A stretch of 64,000 nucleotides of DNA from Nymphaea colorata (taxonomy: Eukaryota). Below, piece by piece: positions 20,301 to 34,416 of the stretch (position 1 is its first letter; the number at the start of each line of letters is the position of its first letter). The DNA lies in the NCBI RefSeq assembly GCF_008831285.2, contig NC_045138.2:33604001-33668000 (forward strand). The letters are read 5' to 3'. The position numbers and the translations under genes are program-made. The notes under the pieces were generated by a model. That model did not search any database. It was given only the letters and a program-made list of their open reading frames with translations, and had not been told where the DNA came from.

Positions 20301-23300
20301 GTTCATGACGTGTGGTCGCTAGGATGATTTTGCAAACGACGACAAGGAAATGGACCAGCGACACTGTTTGAACAATTCACAAATTCACCAAACATTGCCT
20401 GTAAGAGAGCACCATGTTTAAACTACTTCCCTGTGTCCCTTCTATTTCTGCGTAAAACTCAGAGACATGGGTTCCAATGGCACCTTCAATTCATGCTCCC
20501 TACTTTGTTTGTGATTTTTGGTGGAACAGTCGAGGCTGGTGGCATAATGAACAGCAGGTCCTTTAATATCGACTACTTTCCCAAAATTTTATGATTTATT
20601 AAAATCTGTTCGACTTTTTAAGTCTTTTTATATATAGATGCGTGTGTGGCGTGAAGCAGAACATAAAATAAAAGAAATGGCCAACTGGTTACCTGTGGCT
20701 TCAGTTTCACATTAGGAACTCAAAACAATCCGGCTAGTTTGGTGACAAAAATCGCATGTTGCCCACTGAAAGTAGTGAGGTGCATGGACATCGTGTTCCA
20801 ATGGACGGCCGGCTTTGAAGAATACTCGGCGGTCTGGCAAAACCTTGATACAAGGTTTATAGTTTCCGATCTGCACCTGAATCCTTCTTCCAAATGGATA
20901 CGGCAGATCGAGTCATCATTGCCGACCTTAGTAGCGGAGACCACATTCTCTACTGTTCCAGGAGTTTTTTTCTGTAGTATTTAGCACTTGGTTGTTCTTC
21001 TGCAAGAAAATTCTTTCAAATAAACACGATCAATCGCTTGAACTAACAGGAGAAGAAGAAATTAAAGAGATTGAACCAATCAAAATAAGTACAAGGCTCA
21101 ATTCGATGTGGTGGCTGTTCTTTGGTCTTCAGTAACAGCAAAAGAAAAGAAAAAGCATGAAGTTTATGGTTGAGCTGAGGAGTGAGGGTTCCCCAAAGGT
21201 GCTGTTTATTGGACCCACATGGCATGTTTCCAGTGTTGGAATGAACACTTTATCTAGAGACCTTCTGTCTCAACCGTATACTCCACAAATCAAACAATTG
21301 TTGGATGAAGAATCGAACACATTCTCCGACTTTGTCATGGAGACTAGTCTGTGCCTTGTCTAGCTATGAGGCAGAGGAATAGGAAATGAACATGGTATGG
21401 TCGGAAGACAACGGCAGCGAAGTTATTTCATAATTCCAAAATAGTTTCTGTCATTTATTTAATAGTAGTAAGTAAACCATTGTTCTGTAGATTACGATTG
21501 CATATATTTTAGAAAAAGAATGATGATCATACGTCCGGAGTCGAATTAACTATCTTCTATTCCGGCCGATAAACTTTTCAGATGCGGATCTGCAGTAGAC
21601 AACATAACAGATTGAAATTTTGTTTTACGCTATATTATATTTTAAAAAATGAGGCTATTAAGTGATTTACTCTTCGAATGTTTTTCCGTAATGAAAAAAA
21701 AAAAAAGGAAGCTACAAGTTCCTGATTAATGGGCGCTCAGCAGCCTAAATGCTGAAACCTAAACCAGGGAAAAAAAAAATAAAAGAAAAGGAACACTTCC
21801 TTTTTTTCTTGTTTCAAACACTGCCTGGTGAATTTTGTCCTGACAATCTCAAGAAAAAGGCGAAACTTGGTTCCTCTCAAATCGGTGAGGAGTTTCATCG
21901 ACTAACAAAATATATTAATAACAGGGCGACTTTTTCTCCTTGGAGCATTAATTTGCAAACATGCAACATTTTCAACATGGCGCATTCGGCAACTCGGTTC
22001 AACCACAGAAAGCAGTGAGAAACTGGAAAAAAAGGAAAGGAAAAAGAAAGAGGCCTCTCAGCTCGATTGCACAAACAAAAGAAACACATTAACACCAAGA
22101 ATCTGAACAATCTAGCGGCCAATGCTCAATGTCACAGCGGAGATGCTGTCGCTGCTGTCCTTTGGCATTTCATGAAACCTGGTTTTGTCCTCATCTTGAA
22201 CAATAATGACGGAACCTCTCTCTCTTCCTGCTTACTGCATGTTTGGCTAACTTCTTGTCGGGGCTCCATTTTTGGAAGTAATTGTATGTGGCTACATGAA
22301 AAGAACCACTGTCTTTTCAAACACGCATTCGTCTAAACACCACATAATTCTCTCCCTCTCTTGTTTGCTTATGTGAATGAGATGTTCATTTTTTGCAGCA
22401 AGTATCGTCGAAGAGTTTCATCACCTTCGGGAACCGTATGGCCTGTATCTAGACAAAAAAGTTTCCGTGACGAATGCTCGTTTGCATAATATTTCCATGG
22501 AACATTCATCTTTTCTGCCTTCAATATAGACACGCATCAAACACTTTCGATCACAATTATACTCTACCGAACCATTCAAGCGGAAATCACGAGTGACAAA
22601 CACATACGGCGCACAGTGAACATTATAACTGCAAAGATACGAAACAGAGACTACGCTTGACAACAGTTTATGCATATATCAGGAATCCACCATACACCCA
22701 ACTATATCACAAGCTTTTGCAGTATGGTACGATTATAAAACAAAAAGACAAACCCTTATCTCCAGTTGTATAGATTTAGAAAATGGGGACAAGGCACCGA
22801 TCTTCTCCAAATCGAACGGTGTCTAAATTGTCTGAAAAGAGAACAGTATGCCACATTGGTAGCGGATACCACTGCTGACACAGACGGGCAATTGTTTAAA
22901 CCATTGGGCTCACTTTGCTCCTTACTGCTGCCCCAAGTTTTATTTTCCATTCCATTGTTCACTTCCTGACTCAGCAGCATTAAAACGCACGTTGTTTGCC
23001 TGGTCATCCGTTCCCAAATTAGCTTCTCTTTTATAGATTCCCAATTGAATAAGCAATAAAGCTGTTTTTCCTGTAATGGAAAGGGTTCAACAAATTCTTC
23101 CAGTTGAAAAGGTGATTGCTCAACCGCTGTTTCAATACTCTTTCTGGCCAATACTGCACACTTTCCTATCTCAAAAATAGAGCGCCACACTATATTTTGA
23201 GGGCCCTTTCATTAATCAGCTCAAGTTTATAAGATCATCGAAATAGTGACCAGTTTTTTTTAAAACAGCAAAATGGTGAAAAACTTATTCTCAATGTAGT

Positions 23301-24287
23301 GGTGCAGTGGATGATTCCCCTCTACACTATATCAGCCCACTCGAGAGACAGGTACTTGAAAAGTGTGAGCATCTCCTGGTGCCCAACAATCAGAGGACAT
23401 GGTGAATACGAATGAAACCTCTTTAGAAAATAAAACGGTTATGACGACGAATGAAAATTTACACATTTAAAGAAGAAGATGATTCAAGTGCCCACACCCA
23501 CAGGAATGGGAACATGCACTGTTTGTGAACAACAAATTTTACATGCGAAACAGGCCTTTGCTTTTCTTTGAAAATAAAAACCTATGCAGGCTCCATCAGT
23601 TTCATGAAGCACGACGAAGGCTACCATTTACTGATGACCAAGGGCTGTTCAAATCGAAGCATCTGAGCATGAGGAGATCAGGAACATACTAAAAGAAACG
23701 CGCTGCAGATTCTTGCAAGTGAAACACATCAAATAATTTCTGCATCGACCCCAACGGCAGAACACAATTACAAGCTTGTAACAAATTCCAACTTGATTTA
23801 TAATTTCCTTGCAGAGAAAACACAGAATATTCTGTTATTGACATGAAAAGAGAAAGTAACTGCAGCATTGTCTTAAGAAACAGCAGGAAACTCTTGTGAT
23901 TTTGGAAAAATATAGCACTTCCATGCATCTATCAAGTCTAATGTGTCCCTTCGTTTGTAGGAGAGAAAATCATGAATTTTGAAAAATAAAAGACCTTTTC
24001 AAAGAGCAATGATACTTGGAGAACTTTATTTTTACAAACAATACCTGGACAAATCTTCTTTGATATTGCCCACAGGAGACAAAGTAGTCTGAATCCACTG
24101 CATAACGAATAGGAAATATGCTGAAAGCCTAAACTTCTCGAACGTAGAGAGCCATAAGCCTCGGGATGTTTCCATTGCATCCCTTTTGAGGACAACATAA
24201 TTCACAGTATTAGAAGAAGGTGAATTTGAGATACACAATGAAGCTACACTCTCAGAAAAAACATGTTAATTCTATAACATTATACAA

Positions 24288-24317
24288 AAATAAATAAATA
24301 AATAAATAAATAAATAA
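24288..24317. repeat. (AAAT)n microsatellite
   Basis: About 7 AAAT units, read directly. Confidence 0.9.
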
Positions 24318-25007
24318 AACAAAGATTAACCATCTCACACGAGTCATCAGTTATTGGTGGATGCTCAAACATTTTTCCCATCAATACTTTACGCTTCCTG
24401 CCAGTACATTGTGCACGAAGTTCAGCACAGCACAAACTATTTCCTGACTCGCACCTGACCCACCGGTTGTCGCTCAGATATTAAATCGATAACAAGAATT
24501 CATCATGTCAAAAATTAGGAAAACAAACGGTAACAATAACAATAACACTTCAACTTTATATTGCAACTAGCAGTCATAATTACAATGTAGATATATATTA
24601 AAACATAAAAGGAAACCCATGATCCTTCCCATACTCATCAATTGGCCTTTTACTCAGTTGCGCTCACATTGAATATATACATAAAGTTGAGCAGACAAAA
24701 TTTGGTCATCCCCGACTACATACATTGGAACAAGAAAATGAAAATAGCTTGAATTCTATTCTAAGAAGGAACTCGAGACCGCATTTTACATAGCAAAATG
24801 GACCGTGTTAAGTACATTTCTTTGCACAGCAGGGCAGGGGAAAACAATAAACAGAATTTCTGCTATTCCAACAAACAGGGGCAAGGAAAATCTCCATTGT
24901 ACAGCAAGCATGAACCTCCTCACCTCAGGAACAAGCTTTGCAGGTACCACCAAACAAAACTACCAGTTAGAGCCCACTCCCCAGCAAAAAAACGGCAATA
25001 ATAACCG

Positions 25008-26183
25008 TCACGAGCCATCCCTGCACCTTTCCAATGCTTGAATTAGGATAGAGGCGTTCCTCTTCACCTTCCCGTTCTCATCCCCAATGAACTCCAAGCA
25101 GGATTCATAGACTCCCTCCCTTTTTGCTGCCGCGGCGAAGCTCTCACTGTGCGAGCATATGGAACTTAGTGCAGCTAAAGCGTGTTCCCGCCGGCTCTGC
25201 GGCCGCCCGTCCTTCAGGATCCTGGATAGCACCTGAACGCCACCTCTGCAATTCCGGATTGCCTCCCGTCCCTCGGCACACCTCGAAAGCAGGCTGAGCA
25301 CCTCCACCGGGCGCTCCATCGACTCCTCGGCCGCGGCCAGGGCCAGCAGAATGGGCACGGCACCGGCATCCACCGCTCTCCGCTTGTTATCAGGGAACGA
25401 GCACAGAGTCGACAGCGCTGTGGCTGCCTCCCTCTTTCCTTTCAAATTCCCGTCCCTCAGCAGCTCCACTAGCGACTCGACGGCCCCTGGGTACCGGCCA
25501 ATGGTCCCCTTGTTGACCTCCACGATGGCGAGGCTGGTGATGATGGTGGCCGAGAGCGCACGGGCGGCCGGGAAGCCCGAGGAGAGAGCAGCCACGACGG
25601 GGCCGAGGGCGCCTTCGGCCACGAGTCCCACCTTGTTGTCGTCATCGAGGGAGAGGTTGAAGAGGACGGAGAGGGCAGAATCCTGGAGCTGGGGGTCGGA
25701 GGCACATAGTAGAATGGCGGAGGCGCCGCCGGAGTCCGTAAGAATCTGCCGGAAGTTGACGTCGTATTTGGAGGGCCGGCGGAGGAGGGAGAGGGCGTCG
25801 AGCTTAGAAGAGGTGGGGGACTCCGGCGAGGCGAGGGTAGAAACTAACTGTTTGACCTTTTGCCTCTGAGAGGACGGGTAAGATTGGAGGGTACCGGCCG
25901 CCGTGGTGGCAGAGGCGGAGATGGTGGCGGGGAGTGTGGGCGAGAGGGATATGTGATGGGCCTGGGCGAAGTGAGAGATGAGGGAGCGAAGAGCGTAGTT
26001 GGGGATGAGAGAGGGTCGTGGAGGGAGAGGTGTCTGGGTGATGGGGCAGGTCCGGTGGCCTGTGTCGAGCCACCGCTGGATGGAGGAGCGGTCGAAGGTG
26101 TAGCCGGAGCAGAGGATGACGGGGTCGGACATGATCTCATGTGATATTGGGCAACAAAAATCCTCCGGAAGTTGGGTCTCCAT
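25008..26183 (-). CDS. PUB8: U-box/ARM-repeat E3 ubiquitin ligase, PUB8-like (391 aa, intronless)
   Basis: N-terminal U-box (PEDFCCPISHEIMSDPVIL..GYTFDRSSIQRWLDTGHRTCPIT..LIPNYALRSLI) with no UND domain. ARM repeats include NLSLDDDNKVGLVAEGA and TSLAIVEVNKGTIGRYP, which I recall as typical of the PUB8 clade. Confidence 0.92.
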   Translation of the reverse strand: METQLPEDFCCPISHEIMSDPVILCSGYTFDRSSIQRWLDTGHRTCPITQTPLPPRPSLIPNYALRSLISHFAQAHHISLSPTLPATISASATTAAGTLQSYPSSQRQKVKQLVSTLASPESPTSSKLDALSLLRRPSKYDVNFRQILTDSGGASAILLCASDPQLQDSALSVLFNLSLDDDNKVGLVAEGALGPVVAALSSGFPAARALSATIITSLAIVEVNKGTIGRYPGAVESLVELLRDGNLKGKREAATALSTLCSFPDNKRRAVDAGAVPILLALAAAEESMERPVEVLSLLSRCAEGREAIRNCRGGVQVLSRILKDGRPQSRREHALAALSSICSHSESFAAAAKREGVYESCLEFIGDENGKVKRNASILIQALERCRDGS

Positions 26184-26335
26184 CTTGGCCTTCCTCCTTC
26201 ACCTTCCACCTTCTTTTCCCTTTTCTCCACTTATCTGGTTCTTCTTCTCCTTTGCTCTTTGTTCGTGGAGCCCAGAGAGAGAGAGTAAGATTACTCAGAC
26301 TTTAAAGCTCCTTCCTCCTTCGCCTGCGCGCCTGC

Positions 26336-26340
<5 letters not shown>

Positions 26341-26366
<26 letters not shown>
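26341..26366. repeat. (GA)n / (TC)n microsatellite in the 5' region of the PUB8-like gene
   Basis: Read directly. It is CT-rich on the transcribed strand, as is common in plant 5' leaders. Confidence 0.9.
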
Positions 26367-26994
26367 CCTCGTTGGCGTTTGCCCCTGTGTGGTGCGGAGT
26401 CTGCAGAGACAGAAAGAGAGAGGGAGAAGAAGGAGAGAGAGGGGCTTTGCTTGATTTTACCGTACAAGGTGGGTTGGGCTTATAATTGCGGCCGACGGCA
26501 ATTTTGTAATGACGCAAACGCCCTCGGTACAAAGTATCGACTCGGCCACCAATTCGGAACACGTTGATAGATGGACCGGACTAATCTTAAAGTAGAACGG
26601 GATTCAAATCTGAAATCCGATAATAAAAATTTAACAGGATTCTAAAACCAATTGAATCCATTAGGAAAATCGATTTCATTTATTGATTAGGTTCAGTTTT
26701 CATTATCAAATCTGACAAATCAGATCCAGATTTAAAAATAGCAATACTAGATTTTCTACTTGAACTTTTTACTATAGCAAATTCCTTTTTCTTTGTGATT
26801 TTATGTTTTTTTATTTCGCTTTCACGCTCGGCGGCTGTAGCAATCAAGGTTTAAAGATCTCGTGTGAATACAACCCAAGAACCGAGAGTTCAACGAAGGG
26901 AAAAAAGAAAAAAAGAGAGTTCCAAAGAAAAGTCGTAAGAACGATATTGAATGGGAGTATCGAAGAAAAAAAGGTTTTTTTGAAAGAGTAGAAA

Positions 26995-27180
26995 CAAGAC
27001 CCTTGCAATTGTTTTATGAGAGGGCTAAATTATGTTTTCAAAATTTTAATAGGAGAAAACTATAATTCTTTTAAAAAAATGTATAGAAGAAATAAAATTT
27101 TTTAAAATTTACATGTGAATTTTTTTTATGAGAATTGAGAAAACCACACTCCAGTTGGGGGACTTTATAGTCCACCTTTC
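26995..27180. mobile_element. Degenerate AT-rich MITE-like remnant; related fragment at about 19598-19700
   Basis: AT-rich core (reverse complement AAAAAAAATTCACATGTAAATTTT) resembles AAAAAATTTACATATATAAAA at about 19650, which follows a GC-rich end (GCCAAGGGGGGCGGTTGGGGCCCTGGCACCCC). TIRs and TSDs are not resolvable. Confidence 0.35.
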
Positions 27181-30100
27181 CACTGTTTAGACTTAACTTT
27201 TTTAGTTGAAATACGTCAAGAATTCAATAATTTAGTGTTGCCTAACTTAGGCTTGGGCTTACTAGGGGTAGGCCCTGAACCTTTTTTTTTTTAAATAAAT
27301 AAATTAGTTCATGTTGCCTTTCGGCTTTTAAGATTTTTTTTTTTCTTTTTCATTGATTAGATGAGCATGTAATATGTAGGGATTGACAAGTCCAACCGTG
27401 AGTTTGCACTTGGAGACAAACTTTTTCTTTTGCTATTTTAAATATAGTCGACTGCCTGCTTTGCTCCCTTGACTAAGTTTTACGAAAATGAGGTTTCTAT
27501 TATATTACTCGAAAAATAATTGCTCGGTAGCTACTTAGGCATCGTTTTGTCAACTCATTTCCTCTCTCTTTTAATTGTGACGTTTTTGTTTTTGAAAAAA
27601 AAAAAGTGACGAATAAAAAATCAGAAAGTAATTTCAGATACCAAGACAAGCACAGGAGATTTATCAACAGAAATATCGCAAGAATGCTTATTAAATCAGA
27701 AAAAACATATAAAAAAAGAATTATATATATATTAAAAAGGCCTTGGTAGTTGGTCGCACGCAGACGCAGCATGCGACTCGGAAGCCACAAATAATCGCGA
27801 AAACCGAGACGACTTCGAGGGACAGTTTCGTCATTTAGGTACCGTCATAGGCCTATGGTCGCACTTCAGTGACATCAGGGAGGGAGGGAGGGAGGGTCCC
27901 CCGACGTAATTTTCCGAAATTCCGGTGGCACATTTCCACTTTGACTTTCTTACGTTTCTTGTGGCTCTTAGCGTCTCAACCCTGCGATGCGAGCCCCGCA
28001 ACGCAACGGTAAAAAAAATGGAAAATCAAGGAGCTTTTAAAAAACAAAATTCAAGTGAAACCCGAAAGTTTCTTCATATTTTGGAAACCCGCGGGATACA
28101 GAAAGGACTTTTGGCCCCAAATAGATTGTCAGAGAATTATGAACCAACACGAAACGCTGCTTTTTTGTTTCATGGTTCCAATCTTTCCATCTAGATTCGA
28201 CCAAACGTCTAACAGTCAATCAAAACATGGATACTTGTATTATTTTTTAATAGAAACGAACGTGCAGAATTAGTTTGCTTTCACATCTCCTATTTGAAAT
28301 GTTGAACGAGTAGGGGGTGGGACACAAAACGTTTCAAAATAAAAGAAATTGGTGGTGGAGTGTGGTTGTAATTATTTTTCCTAAACTAAACTCGCTTCAC
28401 TTGCCCATGAGAGAAAAAGAAGTCGAGTTCGATTAACAGATAGAATATTAGAATCAGCTTTCTGAGAGAACATACAATGACGTCGAAAATTGTAAAACTG
28501 GGGGGCGGAGAAGAGAAAAGTTTGACAATGGAGGGGAAGCATTAAGCAAAGCCCGTGATCCGTTAGGTCTGCCTCGGGCGGACGCTTCCAGAACCCCAGC
28601 ATTTCCGCGTCGTCCAAACCGCCACCAGAAACCCACTGAATTACAAAACTAACACCACTTTCTCGCTCGCGGAAGGAGAACTCTGCACGCAATTCCGCGG
28701 GATTCGATCTCGGGGCGTCGGTGAGCCAGCAACCATTGTCCATTGACCGTGACGGTGACGTTGCATGATCGGTGGGCCACAGACGTTCTCCGTCCAAATC
28801 ATCGGGGAGTTTTCCGTAAATTCGCGAATTCATTTAAAAGTGGCGTTGGCGTTAAAAATAGTTGCCGTTGAAAATAAACGGGATATGGCGGTCCCTGCCT
28901 TCGAGGGGCGTTCTTGTCGTTTTCTGTGATCTGGCTTGGACCCGATCCGGTTTCGGGTCGGGTCGGGTCGGGTCGGGTCTCCGCTGCAAAACGCTTGTGT
29001 CGAATCGCTTGAATTTGGATGCAAATCAAATCCAGATCCACCTTAAATAGGAGTGACAATTATTACTCCGTTCTTTTCGCAATTGAATTTTACGGAACGC
29101 AATTTACGGCGGTGGCGGAGTCTGGTGCCCGTTCAGTTGCTGCAGAATTTTCAGTTTTGCCCCTCATATTTCAGCGGTATTGTAAACACAGATCACTTGT
29201 GTTGTTTGAGAAACATTCCTACAAAGACACAATTATTGTTTATTACGCTTCATGCAGTCATATACGCACGCTTCACAGAAAAATCATTGGAGAAGTCTGC
29301 GCTCTTTTCTTATCTGCACAGCTTATCTAATGAGGAGACCAATTTAGTTTTATAAAATACATTTAATTAGAGCTGAGTTCAGTGCAGTTTTATTTTATGT
29401 TACTTTTGGCAGCAAGAACATCAACTGTCTTATGGATTTGTTTTAAAGATTGAAGTAAGTTTATTGAACAATAGTTCAATCTTTAGGACGGACGGGTTTA
29501 TGAAAAAAGCACAAAAGATCTTTGCTACCAAACCGCCGTTCAAGTATCTATTTTCAAAATTATGTTGATTCACTTGCGAATGGAAGAAAGGGAGAGATGA
29601 GTCCAAATTCTCCACCTAAAAATATAAAAAGTGAAGTGTTAGATGGATGGTAGCAGAGTGGAATATGATATATACGTTGGAAAGCGGAGAGACTGGCGAC
29701 GATTAATGGCGAGGGCAAGGCAAAGCGCGTGGTTGGAGAGAGTCATAAAGCAGCGGGCTACTTGTTGACTTGAGCGTGAGAGCCCCCGCCATGGAGGAAA
29801 AGAAGGAAGGAAGCTTCCCCGCCGACGCGGTTTCTTATCGGCCACGCCACAAAACCCGCCGGCCTCCTATGTCAAAAACATCCGGCACCACCGGCCCTTC
29901 CCCGCCCCTTTGATTTTGTTTCTTAATCCCAGGGATTCCAAGGCTCTGTAAATTAGCCGACGGCATTTTTCAATCTACGAGAGATTTTGATTTCTTCAGA
30001 TACATTCTATTTGATCAAATTCATACCCTTTTTTTTTTCGCTGGTCTTCTCTAAAACAGACGACGAATTATCAGTCGCTTGTTAAGTTTTGACAAAAGAG

Positions 30101-33100
30101 AGAGATTTGATTTTCATGTGTTTTTCTTTCTTCTTCTTCTTCGAGTTACTGAGGTGATGGGCGATCAAATGACAGGCGAGTGTCGAAATAGAAGAACGAA
30201 GTAATTCCAAGAGGAAGGAAGAAATTTGTTCAATGATTATATGGTTCCTGCATACGACATATAAGCCGCCGTATCCAAGTTACTTTAGCAATGTGTTCGT
30301 TTTTCCTAGTACGAGCGACAGTTTATGCTTTCTCTGGCAGTACCTTTCATCCTTTCGTTTTACGAAATTCCGTCCTAAAATATGACATTCCGGCGCATAC
30401 GTCCTGCTACTACATTCGATCCTTGAATCAAGGAAAGAAGCCTTTATCTCGCTGAAAGTTTCATGAATTATTATGATCGAGTCTCTCACTCTCTCTCTCC
30501 CCCTTCTCTGTAATCAAATGACGTCAATTATGGATCCGACCCAAGTATCTAGATCAAAAAGAGAAGAAGAAAAATTCAGTTGTAGTTTTGAAATTTGGTT
30601 TGATAAGTTATTATTATTATTTTTTTATGATAAGTGGCCTTGCATTAGCTATTCTATTATCATGAAAGGCTAGGTTATGCTACGCTGCCGTAATTACGAT
30701 CAAGAGTATGCGCATAAGCTTGTTTAGGGAACAACCAAGGGATACGTCACGAATTTTTACTATCGAACTTACACCTTCATTCACATCTTGAACAAAAATG
30801 GGGCTCTCCGTTCTTTCTCTTTCAATTAATAGTCTTTGTAATTGGGATAAAATTTTTGTTCGTTTATCGATTTAACAACGCATCCAAATTATCTGAACAG
30901 TGTTTGATGATTATACTGAAACCAAGTTAAAAATCTATGTTTTTAACTAATAAAAATTAACGCTATGTTTCTTGCAATACTTGAATTTTTTTTTTACCAA
31001 TTAAACAACACAATTGTGAAGTCAAAATTTATATTTTAACAACTAAAAAAAGTTATTAAACGTCCGATATATAGCTGAAAAATATCTTTGTTATTTTCGC
31101 CACTGCAAAGATGCGGCGTTTCGCGGGAAGCGGGGTTTTTCCAGGAGAGAGGGAAGCATGCAGAAGGCTGCCGGGCGATTAGGCAGAAGGGGAAAAAGAA
31201 GAGGAAGATGAGTTGCGAAGATGCAAAGAGTCGTCCTCTACGGGTGCACCATCCATTGGGAAGTTACAGAAAGAGAAGATGGTTCTCCTGCTCAGTGTTT
31301 CTTCTAGGAAGAACAGGGGCAAGCGAAGGAAGAAGATCCACAAGAACAGCCAATCGTGAATGTCATTCTGCTTTTTCCGAACCGAAGGTATGCAGTTAGT
31401 CTCTTCCTGCAGCAGCGTGCTCTTCTTTCCGGTTGTTGCCCGGAGAGGCGAAGACTGACAGAAATGTGCGAGTTATCGAGCTCGATGGGCAGTTATGTCT
31501 TCTTCTCTTCACTCCTTAACCTACTTCCCTGGTTACCGGTGGATTACACTGGCAAATCATGGGTCAGCCACCAGACAATCCGATCTTTACACAGGAGCGA
31601 GTCTATCCTTTTGCCAAGGTTGACGATTAAGAGTCCAGATAAGGGTGCTTCTTGATGTGACTGGTGGCGCTTGTCGTTTTGGTTGCGTACCATTTTCAAA
31701 ATCAAGACGGTACAGAGGACTAACGTGTTGGGGACTGAAGAAACCAGGGCTTGCGTCGCTCCTGGTTTCATTTCTGCCATATTTATATGGACAACTTGGT
31801 GAAAGTTTTTCCCTTCTTGATGGAGACACGGAAGGGGTATGTTTCATGCAGAAATTTCCTTTTGAGTAGTTTTGTTTTAACATCCACAAAAGCCCACAAT
31901 CAGACAGATTACCATCTGATTGTGAGTTTTGTAGATGTTAACTGATGTTTTTCTGCAGTTCCTCTGCTCTAATTCTGGGAAAGAATGATAGTTCCAGGGG
32001 TGAAATTTTCGGATGCTCTTATGTCTTTTGTGTTAGAAAGGAACCACTTCTCCAATTACGTTATTTCACATGGTGTTTGCGTTATGTGTCATTTCCAATG
32101 GTTCGCCGTTATATTTGGAAGACTGAACACTATCCACCACTTCACGCTGAAATTCACATAAAGTTCAAGATGATGCCTCGAAAGACTACGCCAAGCAATT
32201 CTTTTCTGTGAAGGCGAACGATGAAAAATGAGCCTCGGTCGAGGAGCTGTCTATAGTATACAGAGTCTGGGAGACAAAGACTGAAAGTAACATCAATTAT
32301 CAAAAAGTAGCAATAGAGAATTGCGGACAACAAAGAAAATGAAACAGTTGAAATAGTGCGAGTCAGAGAAATTAATGAGGACTTACCATTTTCAGTGGCC
32401 AAGATTGTAGAACAGCCTGCGAAGACACCTGATACGACCATTGGTTAAGAAATTCTGGACAGATACTGAAAGAGAAAGGACAAACCGCATTCTGCAAGAG
32501 CAAATAAAACACAAAGAACAGATGCCACCGATCAAATCGTTTGAGCGGAGAAATGGTAACGCTAGACGTGCAGATCAACGTTCAGATTAATGATTAAACA
32601 CAACAATTGAGTTGTTTAACCGCAACCTCAAATACGAGGCTTACGAAGTCATCAAGCTGATGCATTATTTTCCATCTCATAATATAGAATCCAAAGTACC
32701 GGATGGTTCATGTGGTCAGGGGATTTTCTATATTATATTACATAAAGAAAGCCCTTTTATATTACATCAAGCTGTTCAGGTGCTTCACCTACATAACTAC
32801 ACGCGTTTGAGATGCTTAATTACTTTCTTTCTTTTTTGAATTGTTTGTGGTGAATCATCAGGAGATTTCTGGAAATGGAATAGTTAATGCCACTACTTTC
32901 TCTACAAAATTCTCATTTTTCTTTGATTCTTTGTCGCAGATTATCGACAAGGCTATATATGCGAAACTAATTTGCTACATAGTTCAACAAGAGAAGGTGT
33001 GTCGTATCATTTTCCTTGCATAATTGTGTTTGCACAACGTAACTTATTATGTGATCGACTAAGTTAGAAGGACATCGTGACAACAGGAGGAGGTTCTATT

Positions 33101-33283
33101 TTCCAAGTCATAAATTTGGAAACTGCTGTGTGGCCTAATATCAGTTGTTAAAGTTCGTTCATCCATCGTACTCATGGTGTGTAGTTCTCCATTGAATCAA
33201 CATGATATTCGGATGTTCACAAGCTTTTGTGGGCACGACCTGTTTTATACATTTTCATTTTCTGAAAGGCTGTAGTAACGGTA

Positions 33284-33347
33284 GAGGGCGTTTGATGACA
33301 GGAATACTGCGTTCTTTGGAATGCAGTTCCTCTGATCAAACTACCTC
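33284..33347. mobile_element. Short imperfect inverted repeat, Tourist-like MITE remnant
   Basis: GAGGGCGTTTGATGACAGGAATACTGC versus reverse complement of the right arm GAGGTAGTTTGATCAGAGGAACTGC. No clean TSD. Confidence 0.35.
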
Positions 33348-34416
33348 AAATCACAATATAATTTGAAGGTTAGACGTGCGAATACTTCCAGAGTGTTTTA
33401 TTCACATGAAGAAACACTAATTGCAACGAATACTATGATTAATGATATGAACTACAAAATTTATTTAGATCTGTCAACACTAACAGTAAGATCAGGCACA
33501 CAAGGTTAATAAATCACAAATGCATCAAAAATTATCTGCAGGCATAGGTGAATGGTTGCTATTGTTAACGGAATCGAGACAAGGTGGGTTTGGTATTTGG
33601 CTGGTCAGTTTGTTCCACCGAGTGTGTGATATTGGTGGCGTTTTACATTGACAAGGCGTAATGCTAGTCGTTCGATGTGCATAATCATTAATGTGATGCC
33701 AAACCAAAGTAATGGAGTTTTTGAATACTTCAACTTTTGATTCATAAATCTAATATGATTTATGTGGTGATGAATCCAACTAAAATCCATGAGTGGTGAA
33801 ACTAAAGATCTTAAGTCAATCTTGAACTTTATGATTTTTTTTAGGGAAATAACTTAATCGTTCGTCCAGCAATGTAAAACCTAAGGGTCATATCATGCAT
33901 GGCAGGAGGAAGAGACCGGCGCCTAAAAGATTTAAACCAGTGACCGGCCATCTAGCAGTCACTGACCTACCCAAGTGCGCCGAACTCTTAGGAAACACTT
34001 GCAGACCTTGATTTAAGATCGATCTGAAAGTCTTAAACCTCAAATCAAAAGCAATCAAAACGCTTCCTGAATGGCAGTTCCTCTTATCAAAAAAATGGAA
34101 ATATGACGATCATTGTATTTCAAGCTGCCGTCTGTTAATTAGACATTCAAGCATAATGCGTCAGCCGTTAGTAAATCTGATGTACAAATAATTGATTAGT
34201 CTCATGACTGATTAGATCGTGTCGAAATTTCGGTGGAATGGGTGCTGACAAAAGTGGCCGGTGTGCTGCCGTGGAATGGCTTTTCCGGTGTCGATCTAAA
34301 GAAGGCAGTTCAATGGAGACTGTAGATCTCACGAAAATTGGGTACTCAGAAACGGTTTGTGTATGCTAAAAAAAAAAAGAGAATAGTACTAATGAGCGCC
34401 AGAGAGGGAAAGAGAC

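Noticed and set aside
20720..20984. Short ORFs containing ICRI (RING-like) and LPYPFG (WAK-like) words
   Set aside because: The words are in different frames, lack the remaining cysteines, and LPYPFG follows in-frame stops.
22756..23190. 144-aa minus-strand ORF and neighbouring short ORFs (22132-24238)
   Set aside because: No ATG at the annotated start, no recognisable domain, and I could not build a consistent exon chain.
7437..25007. An SCR/SP11-like small cysteine-rich ligand gene between the S-domain kinase and PUB8, which would indicate a true S-locus
   Set aside because: I found no signal-peptide exon with a defensin-like cysteine pattern by eye. A very divergent gene cannot be excluded without an HMM search.
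25351..26230. Long antisense and alternative-frame ORFs over the PUB8-like gene (likewise over the RLK exon 1 and the EF-hand genes)
   Set aside because: Shadow ORFs expected from GC-rich codon usage.
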